Part shown: positions 24,720 to 40,137 of the stretch, piece by piece
Numbering within the stretch: the stretch's first letter is position 1
Layout: every line of letters begins with the position of its first letter
NCBI GenBank assembly: GCA_964016885.1
Contig: OZ024743.1
Location: forward strand, 321,036,001 to 321,100,000
Direction: 5' to 3'
Length of the DNA stretch: 64,000 nt
From: Eledone cirrhosa
Taxonomy: Eukaryota
Notes under the pieces: generated by a model
Databases searched by the model: none
What the model saw: only the letters and a program-made list of their open reading frames with translations
Told to the model about the DNA's origin: nothing
Position numbers and translations under genes: made by a program

Positions 24720-26673
24720 ATACATATAGTGAAAACAATAAAATTAAACAAAATACGGGTAATTCATAGTAAAACTCATTATTTTACAATCGTTTCTGGT
24801 GGGTAGTTCTCCGTATCTTCATTCTATTAGTGATCTATGTAAAATATATTACAAATTATCAAAGTAAAAAATCTAGTGTACAATATCTCACTCAGATTAT
24901 CTAAATTATCATCTAATGAAGAAATATTCTATAAAAATGCACCTTATTATAATGAGGCTTTAACTAGAAGTGACTACAAGGATAACATATTTTACATACC
25001 TAACACCATAAATACCTCCAACATACAACTAAATATAAACAATAAACACCATAGGAAACACCTAAAAGTTAATGCCAGCAATAAAACACCGAAAAACCTA
25101 GATCCTACCATTACTCCTAGTACCCGCATTAACAGTGAGAGAGAAGGGTTTGCGGTTGGGTGGTCTCTAAAAATCATCAATCCTAACGCTTCTGAATACT
25201 TCTATAACCTACCTAATATTATTACTACAAACCATAGAAAACACCTAACTCCATTAATCTTAAAAAAGCAGTTAATAATAACATCTTATATCTTAATTCT
25301 CACAATAAACCTAATGATATATTACCTATTTCACCGAACCTTCAACCTAACCAAACCACATCTTTACAATCCAATAAACCAGAGAAACATATCCAAACTA
25401 CTATAAATAACAAGAATAATACCAAAATACCAGGTACAATCGATAAGGCTCCATTAAAAAACTCCCAATATCATCTATAAATCAAACAAAAAACAATAAA
25501 TCAAAAACTAATAGAATTCAAAAATCTACTAAACAGTTTGTTGACACTCCTAATAACAATCACAATATTATAGTATCATCTGATAACAAAATCTACCCTC
25601 AAACTTCTATACACACCCAATATAACAATAGGAAACAAATTAGAAACCATAAAAGAAACGTAACATGGTATAATACTCCATTTAACTTGCAAACTATGGG
25701 CCAAATCCCTAAAATAATTTTGTAATTCTCGATAAACCTTTCCTACCTAACCACAAATACCATCAAATCTTAAACAGATGTACAGTAAAATGTTCTTACT
25801 CCACATCGAGCAATATACAACAAAAAATATAACATCTATAAATGTAAAAAAAGCTCCATGTATACCTCTAGCACACCACACACAAACTAACTATAATAAT
25901 ACTACAACGCATAACCAGAATATTATTACCTATCCACCAGTTACATCCACTCACTCACCTCACCAACACAATACATCAGCCTACAACCAACTACCATCTT
26001 CCTCATCCTTAATAGGAACTAAGAATTACATACCCAATCTGACCAATAACTTCCAAAACAACCATGATTCTATAAACACTATATCCCCTATAATTTCACC
26101 AACTAACAACCCTTCGAGCACCCAACCGCAAACCATTCTCTCTCATATAAAAATGTAAATACATATACTAGCACTATTATTGGGAATATAGCAAACACAT
26201 CTGAAACCCTATGTACAAACGGTTGTAATTGTAGAGTAAAAAGTAATTGCCCCTTAAATGGAAATTGCTTAACTAATAATAAAGTGTATAAATGTATAAT
26301 TACCACTAAGGACTTTAAACAATCCTATATTGGATCCACATCTAATCCGTTTAAATCGAGATTTTATGCCAACACCCACAGTTTCCGAAACCAAGATTAG
26401 CTAATACCACTTCTTTAGCGGAAGCAGTTAATAATTGTAAAAAGAAGAAAATTAATTATAACCTAACTTGGAAGATTCTCAAAAGAGCCATTTCTTATCA
26501 GGGCAATAGAAAGGAGTGTGGACTATGTTCTCAAGAAATTTTTGAAATTACTAAATCGAAAGACATTCTATTAAATAAAAGACAGGAGCTAATTATCGCA
26601 TGTAACCATAGAATTAGAAAGACATTCAAGTATTATAAATACAACTAAACAAATAAAGAAAAAATATAAAAGA

Positions 26674-26713
<40 letters not shown>

Positions 26714-27551
26714 ATTTTTTGCTATTAGAATTAATCCATAGACTCAATCATATATCTCATCCCTATAACTGTTTTAAATAATTAACTATTAATGAGCACT
26801 ATATATTACATTATATTCAACACTCTAACAAAACTTTAACAGGCGTGCATTTAAATCTATTAAGAAAACCAGATTATTAATGAGATTTCTTATTCGAAAA
26901 TAAAATTCCCTACAGGTAAAACTTCATTCTGACCACTCTAACAGAATACAATACTTACACAAATTTTATTATTTTCTTACCTATATATTTTTTAAATCTA
27001 AATTTTACTTTTCTTTGGTTCCATCTATATTCCTCTACTTGTTCTATTTTTAGAACAAATTATTCCTCTTGAACAAAGAAATAACACATATTTAGAGTTG
27101 TTCTATACTATTCTATTAGATATAATCCCTTTACCTCCAACTTTAATCTTCCTTGCCCGTCCACACTTTTCTATACAATCTGTCTAAATTCCTTTACGCT
27201 CGCAGCTTTCTTTTCTTAAAGGTCATTCGATACCTCATCCTCTGATTGCTAATTTATTCATCTACTACTACCAGCTTAATGATCTATATTGCTCTTTCCG
27301 ATTTTTACTATTGGTCAATCTCAACCTTGTTCTTAAAAGGTTACTTATTCATACATGTTTTTATATTCTTCAATAAACAAAATTCATTATTTCTGAAGAC
27401 GACGGGTAGGGAAGACGTATGTATACTTTCTTACTTTGATAATTTGTAATATATTTTACATAGATCACTAATAGAATGAACATACGGAGAACTACCCCCC
27501 AGAAACGATCGTAAAATAATGAGTTTTACTATGAATTGTTTTCACTATTTG

Positions 27552-27555
<4 letters not shown>
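24720..27555 (+). mobile_element. 5'-truncated degraded PLE with inverted pLTR
   Basis: NISLRLSKLSSNEEIF..APYYNEAL; CNCRVKSNCPLNGNCL..YIGSTSNPFKSRF at about 26220-26370. 24759-24866 is the reverse complement of 27431-27537. Confidence 0.85.
27381..27525 (+). ncRNA. Type-I hammerhead with about 100-nt stem II region
   Basis: aattcattattt CTGAAGA ..gggtag..cgtatg..catacg..ctaccc.. GAAA cgatcg TA aaataatgagtt; 12-bp stem I. Confidence 0.7.
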
Positions 27556-27629
<74 letters not shown>

Positions 27630-28019
27630 TAAGATGGTAGTATGGACGAAACAAGAGAAGAAAAGAAATCCTTCATCAGCTGTAAAACCGAGATGAAGAT
27701 GTTTCGGCGCTTAATACAGGACATCTATAAGCGATCAGCGGCGCGCCCAAGGCCTTTTCTCAATCAAAAGGCTAGGAAGAAAAGAAAAGAAAAAAGAAGA
27801 AAAGAGGAGAGAGGAAGAAAGAGAAAAAAACAGGCAAACAGAGCAGATAGTGTGAGGGGGGCAGGACAATGGAACTTGCAAGTGAGTAACCGAGGAAAAA
27901 ATAGAATAAAATAAGTTATAGCGTACCGATTAGACGTAAGTCTTGGGGTGCGATATAGATTATCTCCCTTTCCCTTCTCCCTCTCCCTTCCGGTTTCTCT
28001 GTGCTTATGGATGATATCC

Positions 28020-29400
28020 AACCAACTTGCTTGGGGCCTTCCTCTGGGTCACCTGCCGGTTGTTTTCTTCTGATTACCGAATGATGAAGCTACGCGTTAC
28101 TTCACAAGCTCCTGCAATTCTTGTACTTAAGCTTCCTCTCTTCCTTCACTCGTGAGATACTTGAACGTTTTTACCTGATTCAGTGGGACTCAATTTACAT
28201 ATAGAATGAACTGCAGAGGCTTTCTTGAGAGGACGAGCATCTTTGTTTTCCCAGCACTAATTTTCATACCAGCCATGAAAAATTCGGCATAAAACGTATC
28301 GAGGACACGTCGGTGATCACCTTCTCTCGAGTTAATTAACACCATGTCGTCGGTAAATTCCAGCGACTGATTTTACCATGATCCCACTTCCAACCTCGCT
28401 GCGCATGCCTATCCTGATTATCTAAATAGTGAACAGGAGAGGTGATAATATGCACCCCTAGCGGAGTCCGACTCTCACATTGATTGGTTTTGATACTTGG
28501 GCATTCGTATAGAGACATCAGGGCAGCAGGAGCTGATCATCGATCCCATACTCCTGCAAAACATTCCACGGCAGGTCCCGAGGAACGCGGTCATTTGCCT
28601 TATCAAGATCGACAAAACAAGAATATACCTCTCGACAATACACCCACGATTTCTCGACGACTTGTCACGTTGTGAATATCTGGTCGGCTGTGCTGCATCC
28701 AGGGCAAAAACCACACTGTTCATCAGCTAGCTTGGAGTCAACAAACTTCCTGCATCTCTTTACCAGACACTTAACATAGACTTTACGGGGGAGGCTTAAC
28801 AAGGAGATCCATCTGTAATTGCAACAATCTTTCTTGTTTCCCTTTTTGAAAATTTCGAATTATCACACCCCATTGCTTAGGTGCCTTTCCAGAGATCCAG
28901 GCCACCCAACCCACACAAGTTAGCAAGAGATTACCTTCTCTATTTAAAGAGTGGTTCAATCACGAGGTTAAAGATGCCCTCCGACCAAAGAAGGAGTCTT
29001 ACAAAGCTTGTCTTGCATTTGCGGTACAAGCAGGCACGAAGAATCGCAGCAGAAACAGTAAAAGCGTCCAAAGTTAAGATATGTGGGGACACTGGGTTAT
29101 GCTGGAATCCGATTTCAGATTGGCAAATAAAATGTTCTGGCAGACCATCCAGCGACTTTTTATTAAAAATCCCTCCTTCACACACCTATCAATAATCTCA
29201 AGGGAGGTGCATCCTCGTTTGGTGGAGAGAATACTTTGATGATCACTTAAATCCGATCACAACAGCATCTTCTGATGTAGATAAAGTGCATCTGGGAGCG
29301 GTGTTTAATCTCTCAGAGTCTGAGGTCACAAGAGCATTTAAAGAGCTCAAATGTAGCAAGGCCGCTGGGGAAGATAAAATCCGGGTTCTGTCTTGGTTGT
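28020..29400 (-). mobile_element. Degraded RTE-type LINE with 5' inversion
   Basis: Minus strand 28020-28875: KGNKKDCCNYRWISLLS, EQCGF, TADQIF, FVDLDKANDRV, GCILSPLLF. Plus strand 28880-29390: upstream part ending SEVTRAFKELKCSKAAGEDKI. Confidence 0.8.
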
Positions 29401-29636
29401 AGATATTGCCGATGGTATAGCTGCTACTGCTGCTGATGATGATGATGATGACGATGTTGGTTCCACTGTTACTGCTGCCAGTTCTCAGTTGTGGCCGACA
29501 GGAAAAGAGGATGCCTGTTATTCTGGCGGGAATAGAAGTAATAGTAGGTGACAAGAGAGTGGAAGTATCAACAACAGCAGAGGCGATAGCGGAAGAAACA
29601 AAAATAGATAGATAGCTTTAAGCTTTTCAATTAATG

Positions 29637-29705
<69 letters not shown>

Positions 29706-29761
29706 TAAAGTGGTCCTTCATCAGTGATCTTCCAACCATCATCGGTATTTCTTCGCTTTAA

Positions 29762-29830
<69 letters not shown>

Positions 29831-29835
<5 letters not shown>

Positions 29836-32800
29836 AGTGTAATTTTCTACACAAAACGAAGGTTATAGAGAAAATTGAGGTTGGTAGTGGCACATGGAAT
29901 ATATAAGAGACAGAATACTTTTTTGTGAAAAAACATAATTTTATAAGGTAAGGAAATAATAAAGGGTATAAAAAATGTGAATTTTCTGGTTTTTAGATGT
30001 TTTTTCCAGAGGTGTCCCATTTGGTTTTTGATATGGAGCAATGTCGTTTGTTCTGTGTTGGTATTCATAAGTTTTTCGATGGAGTTGTATACGTTTTGAA
30101 CGTTTAAATAAATTTGGTTGTCAGTCGGTGTGGTGGTTTGGGGTATATCCTGTTTTTTTGTCAGAATGGTGAGTTTTCCATTTATCTCTTTTAGGATTTT
30201 CAGGATTTCCTCATTGATATTGGAGTTTGAAGTGGTGTTGTCTTGTTCCAGTGCCATTTTCCGGATTTGCGTAGGTTAGTATATATGAAAAGTGTAATTT
30301 TCTACACAAAACGAAGGTTATAGAGAAAATTGAGGTTGGTAGTGGCACATGGAATATATAAGAGACAGAATACTTTTTTGTGAAAAAACATAATTTTATA
30401 AGGTAAGGAAATAATAAAGGGTATAAAAAATGTGAATTTTCTGGTTTTTAGATGTTTTTTCCAGAGGTGTCCCATTTGGTTTTTGATATGGAGCAATGTC
30501 GTTTGTTCTGTGTTGGTATTCATAAGTTTTTCGATGGAGTTGTATACGTTTTGAACGTTTAAATAAATTTGGTTGTCAGTCGGTGTGGTGGTTTGGGGTA
30601 TATCCTGTTTTTTTGTCAGAATGGTGAGTTTTCCATTTATCTCTTTTAGGATTTTCAGGATTTCCTCATTGATATTGGAGTTTGAAGTGGTGTTGTCTTG
30701 TTCCAGTGCCATTTTCCGGATTTGCGTAGGTTAGTATATATGAAAAGTGTAATTTTCTACACAAAACGAAGGTTATAGAGAAAATTGAGGTTGGTAGTGG
30801 CACATGGAATATATAAGAGACAGAATACTTTTTTGTGAAAAAACATAATTTTATAAGGTAAGGAAATAATAAAGGGTATAAAAAATGTGAATTTTCTGGT
30901 TTTTAGATGTTTTTTCCAGAGGTGTCCCATTTGGTTTTTGATATGGAGCAATGTCGTTTGTTCTGTGTTGGTATTCATAAGTTTTTCGATGGAGTTGTAT
31001 ACGTTTTGAACGTTTAAATAAATTTGGTTGTCAGTCGGTGTGGTGGTTTGGGGTATATCCTGTTTTTTTGTCAGAATGGTGAGTTTTCCATTTATCTCTT
31101 TTAGGATTTTCAGGATTTCCTCATTGATATTGGAGTTTGAAGTGGTGTTGTCTTGTTCCAGTGCCATTTTCCGGATTTGCGTAGGTTAGTATATATGAAA
31201 AGTGTAATTTTCTACACAAAACGAAGGTTATAGAGAAAATTGAGGTTGGTAGTGGCACATGGAATATATAAGAGACAGAATACTTTTTTGTGAAAAAACA
31301 TAATTTTATAAGGTAAGGAAATAATAAAGGGTATAAAAAATGTGAATTTTCTGGTTTTTAGATGTTTTTTCCAGAGGTGTCCCATTTGGTTTTTGATATG
31401 GAGCAATGTCGTTTGTTCTGTGTTGGTATTCATAAGTTTTTCGATGGAGTTGTATACGTTTTGAACGTTTAAATAAATTTGGTTGTCAGTCGGTGTGGTG
31501 GTTTGGGGTATATCCTGTTTTTTTGTCAGAATGGTGAGTTTTCCATTTATCTCTTTTAGGATTTTCAGGATTTCCTCATTGATATTGGAGTTTGAAGTGG
31601 TGTTGTCTTGTTCCAGTGCCATTTTCCGGATTTGCGTAGGTTAGTATATATGAAAAGTGTAATTTTCTACACAAAACGAAGGTTATAGAGAAAATTGAGG
31701 TTGGTAGTGGCACATGGAATATATAAGAGACAGAATACTTTTTTGTGAAAAAACATAATTTTATAAGGTAAGGAAATAATAAAGGGTATAAAAAATGTGA
31801 ATTTTCTGGTTTTTAGATGTTTTTTCCAGAGGTGTCCCATTTGGTTTTTGATATGGAGCAATGTCGTTTGTTCTGTGTTGGTATTCATAAGTTTTTCGAT
31901 GGAGTTGTATACGTTTTGAACGTTTAAATAAATTTGGTTGTCAGTCGGTGTGGTGGTTTGGGGTATATCCTGTTTTTTTGTCAGAATGGTGAGTTTTCCA
32001 TTTATCTCTTTTAGGATTTTCAGGATTTCCTCATTGATATTGGAGTTTGAAGTGGTGTTGTCTTGTTCCAGTGCCATTTTCCGGATTTGCGTAGGTTAGT
32101 ATATATGAAAAGTGTAATTTTCTACACAAAACGAAGGTTATAGAGAAAATTGAGGTTGGTAGTGGCACATGGAATATATAAGAGACAGAATACTTTTTTG
32201 TGAAAAAACATAATTTTATAAGGTAAGGAAATAATAAAGGGTATAAAAAATGTGAATTTTCTGGTTTTTAGATGTTTTTTCCAGAGGTGTCCCATTTGGT
32301 TTTTGATATGGAGCAATGTCGTTTGTTCTGTGTTGGTATTCATAAGTTTTTCGATGGAGTTGTATACGTTTTGAACGTTTAAATAAATTTGGTTGTCAGT
32401 CGGTGTGGTGGTTTGGGGTATATCCTGTTTTTTTGTCAGAATGGTGAGTTTTCCATTTATCTCTTTTAGGATTTTCAGGATTTCCTCATTGATATTGGAG
32501 TTTGAAGTGGTGTTGTCTTGTTCCAGTGCCATTTTCCGGATTTGCGTAGGTTAGTATATATGAAAAGTGTAATTTTCTACACAAAACGAAGGTTATAGAG
32601 AAAATTGAGGTTGGTAGTGGCACATGGAATATATAAGAGACAGAATACTTTTTTGTGAAAAAACATAATTTTATAAGGTAAGGAAATAATAAAGGGTATA
32701 AAAAATGTGAATTTTCTGGTTTTTAGATGTTTTTTCCAGAGGTGTCCCATTTGGTTTTTGATATGGAGCAATGTCGTTTGTTCTGTGTTGGTATTCATAA

Positions 32801-35582
32801 GTTTTTCGATGGAGTTGTATACGTTTTGAACGTTTAAATAAATTTGGTTGTCAGTCGGTGTGGTGGTTTGGGGTATATCCTGTTTTTTTGTCAGAATGGT
32901 GAGTTTTCCATTTATCTCTTTTAGGATTTTCAGGATTTCCTCATTGATATTGGAGTTTGAAGTGGTGTTGTCTTGTTCCAGTGCCATTTTCCGGATTTGC
33001 GTAGGTTAGTATATATGAAAAGTGTAATTTTCTACACAAAACGAAGGTTATAGAGAAAATTGAGGTTGGTAGTGGCACATGGAATATATAAGAGACAGAA
33101 TACTTTTTTGTGAAAAAACATAATTTTATAAGGTAAGGAAATAATAAAGGGTATAAAAAATGTGAATTTTCTGGTTTTTAGATGTTTTTTCCAGAGGTGT
33201 CCCATTTGGTTTTTGATATGGAGCAATGTCGTTTGTTCTGTGTTGGTATTCATAAGTTTTTCGATGGAGTTGTATACGTTTTGAACGTTTAAATAAATTT
33301 GGTTGTCAGTCGGTGTGGTGGTTTGGGGTATATCCTGTTTTTGGGTATATCCTGTTTTTGGGGTATATCCTGGCACTGGAACAAGACAACACCACTTCAA
33401 ACTCCAATATCAATGAGGAAATCCTGAAAATCCTAAAAGAGATAAATGGAAAACTCACCATTCTGACAAAAAAACAGGATATACCCCAAACCACCACACC
33501 GACTGACAACCAAATTTATTTAAACGTTCAAAACGTATACAACTCCATCGAAAAACTTATGAATACCAACACAGAACAAACGACATTGCTCCATATCAAA
33601 AACCAAATGGGACACCTCTGGAAAAAACATCTAAAAACCAGAAAATTCACATTTTTTATACCCTTTATTATTTCCTTACCTTATAAAATTATGTTTTTTC
33701 ACAAAAAAGTATTCTGTCTCTTATATATTCCATGTGCCACTACCAACCTCAATTTTCTCTATAACCTTCGTTTTGTGTAGAAAATTACACTTTTCATATA
33801 TACTAACCTACGCAAATCCGGAAAATGGCACTGGAACAAGACAACACCACTTCAAACTCCAATATCAATGAGGAAATCCTGAAAATCCTAAAAGAGATAA
33901 ATGGAAAACTCACCATTCTGACAAAAAAACAGGATATACCCCAAACCACCACACCGACTGACAACCAAATTTATTTAAACGTTCAAAACGTATACAACTC
34001 CATCGAAAAACTTATGAATACCAACACAGAACAAACGACATTGCTCCATATCAAAAACCAAATGGGACACCTCTGGAAAAAACATCTAAAAACCAGAAAA
34101 TTCACATTTTTTATACCCTTTATTATTTCCTTACCTTATAAAATTATGTTTTTTCACAAAAAAGTATTCTGTCTCTTATATATTCCATGTGCCACTACCA
34201 ACCTCAATTTTCTCTATAACCTTCGTTTTGTGTAGAAAATTACACTTTTCATATATACTAACCTACGCAAATCCGGAAAATGGCACTGGAACAAGACAAC
34301 ACCACTTCAAACTCCAATATCAATGAGGAAATCCTGAAAATCCTAAAAGAGATAAATGGAAAACTCACCATTCTGACAAAAAAACAGGATATACCCCAAA
34401 CCACCACACCGACTGACAACCAAATTTATTTAAACGTTCAAAACGTATACAACTCCATCGAAAAACTTATGAATACCAACACAGAACAAACGACATTGCT
34501 CCATATCAAAAACCAAATGGGACACCTCTGGAAAAAACATCTAAAAACCAGAAAATTCACATTTTTTATACCCTTTATTATTTCCTTACCTTATAAAATT
34601 ATGTTTTTTCACAAAAAAGTATTCTGTCTCTTATATATTCCATGTGCCACTACCAACCTCAATTTTCTCTATAACCTTCGTTTTGTGTAGAAAATTACAC
34701 TTTTCATATATACTAACCTACGCAAATCCGGAAAATGGCACTGGAACAAGACAACACCACTTCAAACTCCAATATCAATGAGGAAATCCTGAAAATCCTA
34801 AAAGAGATAAATGGAAAACTCACCATTCTGACAAAAAAACAGGATATACCCCAAACCACCACACCGACTGACAACCAAATTTATTTAAACGTTCAAAACG
34901 TATACAACTCCATCGAAAAACTTATGAATACCAACACAGAACAAACGACATTGCTCCATATCAAAAACCAAATGGGACACCTCTGGAAAAAACATCTAAA
35001 AACCAGAAAATTCACATTTTTTATACCCTTTATTATTTCCTTACCTTATAAAATTATGTTTTTTCACAAAAAAGTATTCTGTCTCTTATATATTCCATGT
35101 GCCACTACCAACCTCAATTTTCTCTATAACCTTCGTTTTGTGTAGAAAATTACACTTTTCATATATACTAACCTACGCAAATCCGGAAAATGGCACTGGA
35201 ACAAGACAACACCACTTCAAACTCCAATATCAATGAGGAAATCCTGAAAATCCTAAAAGAGATAAATGGAAAACTCACCATTCTGACAAAAAAACAGGAT
35301 ATACCCCAAACCACCACACCGACTGACAACCAAATTTATTTAAACGTTCAAAACGTATACAACTCCATCGAAAAACTTATGAATACCAACACAGAACAAA
35401 CGACATTGCTCCATATCAAAAACCAAATGGGACACCTCTGGAAAAAACATCTAAAAACCAGAAAATTCACATTTTTTATACCCTTTATTATTTCCTTACC
35501 TTATAAAATTATGTTTTTTCACAAAAAAGTATTCTGTCTCTTATATATTCCATGTGCCACTACCAACCTCAATTTTCTCTAT
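29831..35582. repeat. Palindromic tandem array of a 455-bp PLE-derived unit (about 7.7 copies minus, then about 4.9 copies plus)
   Basis: Identical 136-aa ORFs every 455 bp; flip at about 33324-33371; both ends run into (TA)n; about 147 bp of the unit matches the pLTR end at 1144-1290. Confidence 0.97.
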
Positions 35583-36157
35583 ATATATATATATATATAT
35601 ATATGAGGGCTTAATTCGGTTTGTCTAAGGAAATTTCATTCCTTTGTCCCAACTTTAGAATTGACCGCCAAAACGGGGGTTACCTCTTTTTAGGAAAACC
35701 ACGTGTCTATAGCGAAAATTACTACTAGAAAACACACCCGTCGAGGCTATAGAACGCAAGACTTGTTGACGAAGTAAATCCTTTGTTTTTCGTCAAAGGC
35801 AATTAACTTGCAGACCCCTGCAAGCGGAATTTGTCGATCTCGGATTTACAGAAACCTGGCGTGGATGTTGTATGTTATCTGTGATGTATATTGTATGCTA
35901 TACGTTATGCGTTATGTGTTGCATTCGATGTCCACGCGATGGTCCAGGTCAGTCAAAATCTTTTCCTGAGTTCAGTTTTTTTCGTTGCTATGGCAATGCG
36001 GCTAGACTGTCGGTCGCTATATTTGATTTGCAAAGCTGTCTAAACGTATTGTTATAACTCTGGGGTATTATTCGCCATCGAGTGCTAAGCTGCATTCCGA
36101 ATCTGCATTCGTTAGCTTTGCCGCAGCCAAAAGCTTCGTTAATGCTGTACTAAAATT

Positions 36158-36242
<85 letters not shown>

Positions 36243-36979
36243 TTATATATATTAAAATTTATTAACCTGCCATAGAACCACATTGGCATACGGTTGGCTA
36301 ATACTTGTATCCCTATATGTATTTTTTACACGTAGGAACACATACATTATTATTATTAATCTAAGGTCGAGATAACATTTTGGTCGTTTGAACTGCTGCT
36401 ATTTCTAGTGGCAGGACATTGACCTGTCTGCCCTTGCCTTCTGTCTTTACACACGACACAAGACAAAATTGGTTCCTTCCTCATTCACTCTCATCCGGGA
36501 ACAGTTTTGTATGGCGCCAGTTTGTGATTTGAACTCGGGAATTTTATATTCTTCGAGCGAGAAGAACCTTCTGACGAGAGTCCCCTTCTCAATGGAAGTC
36601 CACCTGGATTATCCATTTATTTTGGGATTTGAAACCGCGTGGCAAAGGTACATATAGTAAGTACAGCGAACTTTTTAAAATTTATTTTAAATCTTTTTAT
36701 GAATTTCGATGTTAAAATCGTATCCATACCTATTCAAGGTTCCTAATTAAACCCTTTACTTTCTTCTGAGCCTCCGGGGAGCACAACTTGGGTGTAACAT
36801 GTGTAAGAGCTCCTTATAAATATATATTAACGGTCTGCTTCTCTTTTTTCAATTTCTTCGATTATAATTGCTCTGCTTAAATTCGTACACTAAATATTAA
36901 TGCTTCATATGTTTAACCCTGTCTGCACAAGCATATAACGCTTCCTCTCTCTATTCTCTCACACGGTACCGTAACATTT

Positions 36980-37017
<38 letters not shown>

Positions 37018-37052
37018 AAATGTTACGGTATTGTAACATATATATATATATA

Positions 37053-38000
37053 CAATCTCCACACCCTCCTCGTCCGCAGCTCCCTACCCCCAACCCACGC
37101 TCCCCCCCGGTTCCCTTCCCTGTTCCAGGCCTCGTTGCAACACCTGCCCCCACATCACCAACACCACCACCTTCCAGGGTCCCAACGGCCACTCTGTCTC
37201 TGTCCGGCACGCCTTCCGCTGCACCTCCTCCAAACTAGTCTATGGACTTCGCTGCACGGAGTGTAGCGCAACCTACGGCGGACCGTTTCACCGAACACCT
37301 CCGGGATATTCGTCTCGGCGGAAGTTCCCCCATCGCCCGCCACTTTGGCTCCCCTGGACATTCCGCGCACCACCTCACAGTCTGTGGCCTACTCCAATGC
37401 CACGGAAAACCCGCCACCCGCCTCAGGGTCGAACAACGCACCATCTTCACCCTACATACTCAGTACACTACACTCCCTCCACCGTCCCCCACACCTTTCT
37501 CTCTCTCTCCCCGCTCCACCAACACCCCTTCACACACACACACACACATCCCACTAACACCTCTACTAATACACACCTCCTCCCCACTCCACCTTTCACA
37601 CCTAACCGTCCTCTCCCCTGTCCACCGCACCTCCGCACACACTGACACACTGACTTTCTCCACCTGCCATTCTGACACAGAAACAAGATGGCGTAGGACA
37701 GAACAAAAGAGAGGCAAAAAAACAAAGAAAAGCATCCCCAGTCACTGAAGAGGTCACAGAATGTGTGACGAAAGAACTTTGACAATATATATAAACAACC
37801 ATCTGGTTGTGGAACCAACCAACCAACCAACCGGAAATTTATAAATTCCTAAATTTATGAATTTATTATAATAAATTGAAGTGAAAGCAAGTGCTGCGTG
37901 TGTTTCTTATTTGCAACATGACCCTCCCAAAGTATAACAATATCGGTTTAAACACACGTTTTCAGATTAAAGAATCTTGCTAAACAAATTCAGAAACGAA
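37053..38000 (+). mobile_element. Chimeric PLE 3' fragment: Neptune-like GIY-YIG + UTR fused to the pLTR of a different family
   Basis: CTSSKLVYGLRCTEC, RFTEHLRDI..PIARHF..RLRVEQRTIFTL. 37675-38000 matches 58420-58740. Confidence 0.75.
37741..37783 (+). ncRNA. Minimal type-I hammerhead
   Basis: gtca CTGAAGA g gtcaca gaatg tgtgac GAAA gaac TT tgac. Confidence 0.75.
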
Positions 38001-38028
38001 ATATATATATATATATATATATATATAC

Positions 38029-38096
<68 letters not shown>

Positions 38097-38116
38097 GTAT
38101 ATATACGTATATATAC

Positions 38117-38162
<46 letters not shown>

Positions 38163-38172
38163 GTATATATAC

Positions 38173-38204
<32 letters not shown>

Positions 38205-38214
38205 GTATATATAC

Positions 38215-38259
<45 letters not shown>

Positions 38260-38278
38260 TACGTATATATATATATAC

Positions 38279-38381
<103 letters not shown>

Positions 38382-38413
38382 CGTATATATATATATATAC
38401 GTATATAAATATA

Positions 38414-38447
<34 letters not shown>

Positions 38448-38459
38448 CATATATATACG

Positions 38460-38528
<69 letters not shown>

Positions 38529-38548
38529 GTATATATATATATATATAC

Positions 38549-38641
<93 letters not shown>

Positions 38642-38645
38642 TATA

Positions 38646-40133
<1,488 letters not shown>

Positions 40134-40137
40134 GTAT

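Noticed and set aside
29703-29763. Short island between (TA)n tracts with reverse CTGATGA
   Set aside because: The remaining hammerhead elements cannot be assembled.
35606-36960. Unique-looking segments between (TA)n tracts as exons or RNA genes
   Set aside because: No convincing ORF, splice pattern or RNA motif; probably unrecognised repeat fragments.
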